In this document: one piece after another, positions 55,392-64,000 of the stretch
Position numbering within the stretch: the first letter of the stretch is position 1
How the letters are laid out: each line of letters starts with the position of its first letter
Assembly (NCBI RefSeq): GCF_018350175.1
Contig: NC_058368.1
Coordinates: forward strand, 195,736,001-195,800,000
DNA from: Felis catus
Taxonomy: Eukaryota
Reading direction: 5' to 3'
Length of the DNA stretch: 64,000 nucleotides
Program-made: the position numbers and the translations under genes
Notes under the pieces: generated by a model
What the model saw: only the letters and a program-made list of their open reading frames with translations
What the model was told of the DNA's origin: nothing
Databases searched by the model: none

Positions 55392-55812
55392 TGTATTAGT
55401 TTTCCAGGGCTACCTTAACAACAGACCACAGACTGGGTAGATTAAACAACAGAAATTTATTGTCTCAAAGTTCTGGAGGCTAGAAGCCAAAACTCAAAGT
55501 GTCAGCAGGGTTGATTCCTTCTGAAGGCTGTAAGAGAACAATCTTCCAGGCCCCTCTCCTTGGCTTATAGGTGACCATCTTCTCCCCATGTCTCTTCATA
55601 TCATCTTTCTTCTGTGTGTGTCTGTCTCTGTGTTCAAATTTCTCCTTTTCATACGGATATTAGTCATATTGGATTAGGGTCCATCCTAATGACCTCATAG
55701 AACTAATTAAATCTGCAGTGACCCTGTTTTCAAATAAAGTCACATTCTGAGAAACTAGCAGTTAGCATACAACATATGAATTTTAAGAGCATACAATTAA
55801 TTCCACCTTTAA
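55392..55812 (-). mobile_element. MLT1A/B-type (MaLR) solo LTR
   Basis: tgtattagttttccagggct...aaacaacagaaatttattgtctc...ttctggaggctagaag motif. Confidence 0.75.
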
Positions 55813-56010
55813 CATATGGATTCAACATTCTTCCTTTCCTGTTGACTCTCCGGTTGTTTCAGTATTATTCTTTGAATAATCTGTTTTCCTCTCAGTTATT
55901 TGAATGCTGCCCTTATGATTTATTAAATTACCATTTGTATTAGGTAGGCATTTTGATTTACCTCTTCTGTTTTCCTAATCTGTCTCTTCTTGTAAAGACA
56001 AGATTTTGTT

Positions 56011-56243
56011 GGGGCGCCTGGGTGGCGCAGTCGGTTAAGCGTCCGACTTCAGCCAGGTCACGATCTCGCGGTCCGGGAGTTCGAGCCCCGCGTCAGGCTC
56101 TGGGCTGATGGCTCGGAGCCTGGAGCCTGTTTCCGATTCTGTGTCTCCCTCTCTCTCTGCCCCTCCCCCGTTCATGCTCTGTCTCTCTCTGTCCCAAAAA
56201 TAAATAAAAATGTTGAAAAAAAAAATTAAAAAAAAAAAAAAAA
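56011..56243 (+). mobile_element. Young felid SINE (SINEC_Fc-type)
   Basis: CpGs intact, long A-tail, TSD aagattttgt. Confidence 0.95.
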
Positions 56244-56276
56244 AAGATTTTGTGCTGTTTCTCCCAAATACTATGA

Positions 56277-56573
<297 letters not shown>

Positions 56574-56738
56574 TGAGATATATAATGACTTAACGATCTT
56601 CAGACCTTCCCAAACAGAGGTCATGGTGTTTGCTGAGAGTCAACTGGACTGATTCATTGTAGCCCTTCTGAAACAACACCTTCTCTTTTTTCCTTCAGTG
56701 CCCCCAATCCCAATTCCTCTGTGATTTCCACTTAATAG

Positions 56739-56861
56739 GATATCCAGTTTCCAAACCAGATGTCATCTCTAAGTTGGAACAAGGGGAAGATCCATGGATC
56801 ATCAAGAGAGACGTATCAAATTGGATCTATACAGATGAAAATCAGGCAGATGGGAGACAAG
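56739..56861 (+). CDS. ZNF300: ZNF300 extended KRAB-B exon (GYPVSKPDVISKLEQGEDPWIIKRDVSNWIYTDENQADGRQ); 3' end uncertain (56861 or 56865)
   Basis: aatag| acceptor and KRAB-B motif; the donor is non-canonical (see findings). Confidence 0.8.
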
Positions 56862-57880
56862 GGAAGTGAAATCTCAGATTGTTTTGTTTTCTTAATTGAT
56901 TGATGCCTGAGGCTGACGTTTTGTCCTTATCGAGATTTCTTATTGTTTGTTCCTGTGCTGAGAATTTAGTAGGCATTTGACAAATAATTAAATAATTCTG
57001 AACCTTTATAAGGAGGAGCTATTTCTTCTTGATCTTCTTCCTTTCTGCATATATGTATATCTTTAACACCTTTTATGAAAAGGCAATAGAAAGGCAAATT
57101 CCTCCCAAGAACATAGGTTGTATTTTACATGGTAAGACCTCCAGGCACATGGTGTACAAAATTATCTGTCAAATATAGTTACCGTTTTAAAAGTTCGGAG
57201 AAAATGCAAGTCTAAATATGCAGCAGAATTTGAGAAGGTGTTTTTCGGAGCGTGCAGCTGTAGCTGCTTTGAAACATACTAAGTGTTGGTGATGCTGAAG
57301 GAGGAAGGTGAAGGCAGATTGTGGTGGGGAGAGGGTGTATGAATAAAACTTTGAAGGTAGAGAATGAAGGCTTTTCTGGGAGAACTTTGCTAGTTTCTGT
57401 TGGTATATATAGAAGGTGTTATGGGAAGTAGTGGAATATAAGCTTGGATTCTTGGTGTGAATCTGATATTGAATCCATAGCAGGGTCTTGGATTTTTCTG
57501 TTGTTTGTGTTAGTTTTTAATTAGGAAAGTAGACTGAAGAGAGTTAAAATATTTTGAGTACAGAAGGGACCTTGTTTCTTTGGATAATGGTCACAGGATA
57601 ATAGTTAAGTATATATGTAGCAAATGGTTTATAAGATAAATGAATTCAGAAAGTGAAAAGGATTTCCATTCAGAAAGCAGGAGAAATGGGAAAATTCTAG
57701 AAGAATAATCCACGATTAGAGTGATAATAACCCAGATACATTTCTATTTCCTTCAGGTCTAATTTTTCTCTTTAATGTCCTTTTCCATCCATTCATCTGA
57801 TCATACTTTATGCTGACCTGTGTTAGGAGATGGCCTGTCTCTGTCCCTGTGTTCTGAGTTCATCAACTACATTGGATTAA

Positions 57881-59521
<1,641 letters not shown>

Positions 59522-59851
59522 TGAAGTGAACGCAGAAAAGCCTTCAGTATTAGCTCAAGCCTTAAGAAATACTAGGAACCTGATTGATTTGATATTTATG
59601 AGACATCTTTATAGATGTCTGTAGTGTGGTGATACCCAACTCAGCAAAGATGATGGAAAATAATCATAAATGAAGAACATTGCCAACATGGTGTGTAAAA
59701 CTTTTAAAGTTATGTATATAGAATGTTGTCAAGTTACATATTCTATATTATACCACGTTAATAATAACCAGACATTGTGAAATAGCTAATATTAGCTTGG
59801 CATCATTTTGGCCATACAGTAATTCCCTGTAAAGGACATGAAGAAAGCTTG

Positions 59852-59855
<4 letters not shown>

Positions 59856-59897
<42 letters not shown>

Positions 59898-59898
59898 A
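59856..59898. repeat. (AAAT)n microsatellite in the ZNF300 3'UTR region
   Basis: Read directly from the sequence. Confidence 0.95.
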
Positions 59899-61299
59899 TT
59901 CCTAGAAACTACATTATAAGGAGGGGCTTAGCATGACCCCTAAAGATTCATGTAAAATTCTTGTACAAAGATAGGTGGATCAGATGATGTTTATACGTTT
60001 TCCCGTCTCAATCATATAAGTTGACCTGTCTCTCTGGAAGGATCCTGGATCTTGAAATTGGTGCTACTTGACCAGATCACCCATTTATTCTCCCTCACTG
60101 GGAGTTTGGTGTTGTGGAAATGCTTTGGTACTGAACCAGATGGTCTTGTGTTCTAATACTGGCTCAGCTACTCGCAGATTGTGTAACTTCAAGCAAGCCT
60201 GCTTCACCCATCTGAATATTTCCTATCAGTAAAAAAAAAAGTATAGTGAAGAGTACATTTTCATTTATTATTCTTTTTGTCTTTCATTTCCATGCAGTTG
60301 GATGCTAAGACTAATATGTAAAAGCTACATCTAAACTTGTATTTCAGACACTCTGCTTTTGATAACCCATTCCCAGGACTGTTCATTTTACTGTTTTTGA
60401 CCCTAGTGGCCTTGATTCTTGGTATGTTCAAGTGACATTTTATTATGCATTTGTTGTTTTTTACATACATTTATAAACTGGTGGTTACACATTAAGATCA
60501 CGTCTAATGTCTCTTCAGTTATTTTCTGATTCCTGCCCTGCAGCCCCAACTGTTTTCTCTGGGAACAAAGAACACTTGTAGAGAAAAACTCTTCACAGGC
60601 TTAAGAACTTAATATTTCTAAAATATCTCCTCTCTTTGCTTTGGTTGTCTATTCCTGCATGAGCAGCTTTAGATGAGGACCCTTGCTAGAGGTTTCTGCA
60701 GAAGAGCATTCCTGGCACAAAGGAGAATGTCTGTATACTTATGTTCACATAGTTCTTTATATAGTTTCCACTTGATTCTTTCACATTTCCTGCCCACCAG
60801 ATCCTCTTCCTCAATGGCTGAACTGTCTGTTGTGAAAAGATGGGAACCCCCTGGGTGAGAACCTCTTCAGGGGATGTCTAACATGGATGTGGGAAATTCC
60901 TAGTCCGTGCACGCAAATTCTTGGTCTCATTATGAGCAGTGAGCTGAGAACACTGTCATCAGATGTAATTGACAATTCATACCAGGGAAAGAATGCTTAG
61001 GAGTACATGTTTTGGGTTGAGCTGCTCTGATGTTTTCTCGTGGAAGACATCCCAACTGATGTCTTACAAAGGCATGAGAAGGACAAATAAATAAATAAAT
61101 AAATAAAATTTTAAAAAGGATAAGAAAAAAAAAAGGAACATATCGGGAATACATAGAAATTTAATGAAGAGTGTGTTCTATATAGTGACAGATACAGAAC
61201 TTATGTAGATATAACAAAGATTCATAATTCCTACTTTGCAAGCCTCCCATTTAATTTTCTGCTGTCACAAACCTCCAAGCAGCCTGTTGATCTGATAAT

Positions 61300-63788
61300 G
61301 GACTTCTATAAACATCCAAATTTAGACTTAGCACCTACTGACTTAATACTTCACCATACTTTTTTTATTTTTTTGAGCATTTTATTAGAGGAGCTGATCA
61401 GTGCAATGAAGCAAGAATAGGAAAATGGGCATCGGATTAAAAAGGAAAAAGTAATAAGGACATAGATGATGCAGTGGTGTATAAGGAGAACAAAAATAAC
61501 TGATTAAATATTAGAAATAAAGGAGTTTAGTTGCTTTATATAGTTTTAATATTAAAAAGTAAACATTCTACATATCAGCAGAGTGAAAATTTAAAAATGC
61601 CATTTACATTAGCATAAAAAATATGAACCCCCTAAAGTAAGTCTAATCATGGAGTATAGAACTTCTATATAGAAAATTATAAAACATTACTGAATAAATT
61701 AAACAAGGCTTAATTAAATAAACTGAGAGACTTACCAAGTTTTTTGGTTGAAAGACTCAATATCAAAGATGCCCATTTTCCCCCAAAGTGATTTGTATAT
61801 TGTTGAGGAGATGAGAAAAATTGAAATCCAAAGGAATAAGCCCATTCGTAAATATAGAGTTAGCTTATTTTATTATTGAGCAACAACAAAATACCAGATA
61901 GCATGCAGGTAACCAGCAACTGGCTACAAATTTCTGTGTGGATTTAGCTCTATTATGTGGAATGAAAGCTACAGTTGTTATGAATCATCCCACTGTTAGT
62001 AAGTGGCAAGGACTCCATTTTTATCAGTAGTTAATTGAGCTTGCTCTGATGCCCTGTTTTGCTTAATTCTGTATCAGGCTTATTCTGATAGTCCATTCTT
62101 GATAAGTTTTGACAGTACCTCTTACCATGTTTGCCCATGGCACCGAATCTAGGACATATGATTATATCCCTCAACGTCTCTGAATAAAGATCAATTTCCC
62201 ACGGTATTCAATGCATTTTATATCAAAACCCCAATAAGCTTTCTCTTTTTGAAATTTTTACAATTTAATTATAAAATTACATACGGAAATGCTAAAAGGT
62301 AAGACTAGCCAAGATACTTTTGAAGAGCAAATTTGGAGAACTTACCAGACTAAGATTTTCCATAAAGTGATAATTAAGACAACGTATTGCACATGGGCGG
62401 CCAAATAGACCAATGGTAAGAAAATCCAGAAACATAATTACCTAGAGGTATTTGAATTACAATATGGCAATGTAGAACAGTAGGAGAAATGTTGTGCTTC
62501 AATAAATGCTTCTGGCTCAGTTATCCATATGGGTAAAACAGAAAATGAAAACATAATTACTGCATACTATTCACAAAATCAGTTCCACCTAAACCTGTAA
62601 TAGAGGGAAATGTATTGCAGTAAGTACAGATCAGACAAGAAGAAAGCCCGAAAATATCTAAGCATCCAACTCAATAGGTTAGAATAAAAAAGTATGGTGA
62701 ACTACAAGAAAGTAAAAAAGGAAGTAATAAAAATAAGATTAAAAATGGAAAAAAAGAAGTAGGAACAACAAAATGTTGACTAAAAAGATCACTAATACCA
62801 TGGCAATACAAAGAAAAAGGAGGTATAAATATCCATAGCAAGCAATGAAAGGAAACAGCATCACTTCAGAATCTACAGATAATTAAAGGATCTTAAAAAG
62901 ATTTGAATACAACTAAATAAAAAATGCCAATTCATACATATATTCCAGAAAAGAGAGGAGCAAGGATTTCTAACATATTTTATGAGGCTAGCACTAATCA
63001 TGATGCTAAAGCCAGACAGAGACATTATAAGAAAAATACATTTGGTGGCCAATGTTTTTCCTGAACATAGACCATAGCCATCCTTAACAGAATATTTGCA
63101 AATCAGATTTAGCAATAGTTTAAAAGGAAAGTACATCACGGCCAAGTAGTGTTTAACTTAAAAATGCAAGGTTGGTCCAATATATGAAATCAATTGGTGT
63201 CATTCATCATATCAGCAGCCTAAAAAAAAAAAAAATAATAACCATGTGATCATTCAATGATGCAGAAGATTGACAAAAATTCCACATCTTTTTAGAGCAA
63301 AAACTCAGTGAACTAGAAACAAAGGATAGCTACTTCATAGTGTTAAAGAGCATCTATAAAAAAAAAAATCTAGTCATCATATTTAATTGTGAAAGACTAA
63401 ATGCTTGCCCCCAAGCATTTTTTTCATTTGGCAAATGGTCAAAGATGTTTGCTTTGCTCTCCCTAGTGAACATTGTGCTGGTGATCTTAGTGCAGTAAGG
63501 AAAGCAAGAAAGGGAAGGTGGTTGTGGTGGTGCAGCATACCTTTGGGGAAGGAAGAAATAAAATTGTCTCTATTGCAGACAACCTGGTCTTCCACATAGA
63601 ATATTTCAAAAACTACAACAACCACAAAACTAATAGACTTAATAAGTGGCTCTTGTGTGGAATTTTAAGAAACAAATGAGCAAAGGGGGAAAAAGGCAAA
63701 CTAAGAAACAGACTCATAACTATAGAGAACCAACTGGTGATTACCAAAGGGGAGGTGAATGGGGGGATGGGTTACATAGGTGATGGGG
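61300..63788 (+). mobile_element. Old, fragmented plus-strand L1 pieces, with an unclassified ~400-bp insertion at ~61801-62203
   Basis: ORF2-like motifs (aaatgcaaggttggtccaatata; GKEEIKLSLL); L1 3'UTR at 63650-63788. Confidence 0.65.
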
Positions 63789-63997
63789 AGGGGCACCTGG
63801 GTGGCTCAGTTGGTTAAGCCTCCGACTTGACTTCGGCTCAGGTCGTGATCTTACTGTTTGTGAGTTCAAGCCCCACATTTGTCTCTGTGCTGACAGCTCA
63901 GAGCCTGGAGCCTGCTTCAGATTCTGTGTCTCCCTCTCTCTCTGCCCCTCCCCTGCTTGTGCTTTCTTGCTCTGTCTCTCAAAAATAAACATTAAAT
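63789..63997 (+). mobile_element. CanSINE
   Basis: ggggcacctgggtggctcagttggttaagc head, CT tract and tail. Confidence 0.92.
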
Positions 63998-64000
63998 AGG

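Overview
This is mammalian genomic DNA, inferred to be felid because it carries young CanSINE/SINEC_Fc-type SINEs and a Felis-type L1. It holds two tandem, plus-strand KRAB-C2H2 zinc-finger genes. The downstream gene (CDS 50874-59521, N-terminus [13 protein letters not shown], 12 fingers ending HTVVKS) is ZNF300. The upstream paralog (CDS 3089-21648, 593 aa, 12 fingers) sits where the human pseudogene ZNF300P1 lies but has a fully open, spliceable reading frame. The two copies share perfectly identical tracts that suggest gene conversion. The ZNF300 KRAB-B exon lacks a canonical GT donor at both expected positions. Between the genes lie: a PPP1R12A (MYPT1) processed pseudogene; a full-length L1 disabled by one nonsense codon, with a probable short 3' transduction; and an ERI2-mRNA/inverted-L1 chimera enclosed by a single target-site duplication (TSD). 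The rest is SINEs, L1 fragments, LTR and DNA-transposon relics, and microsatellites. Gene and repeat names come from my recognition of the sequences; no database search was run.
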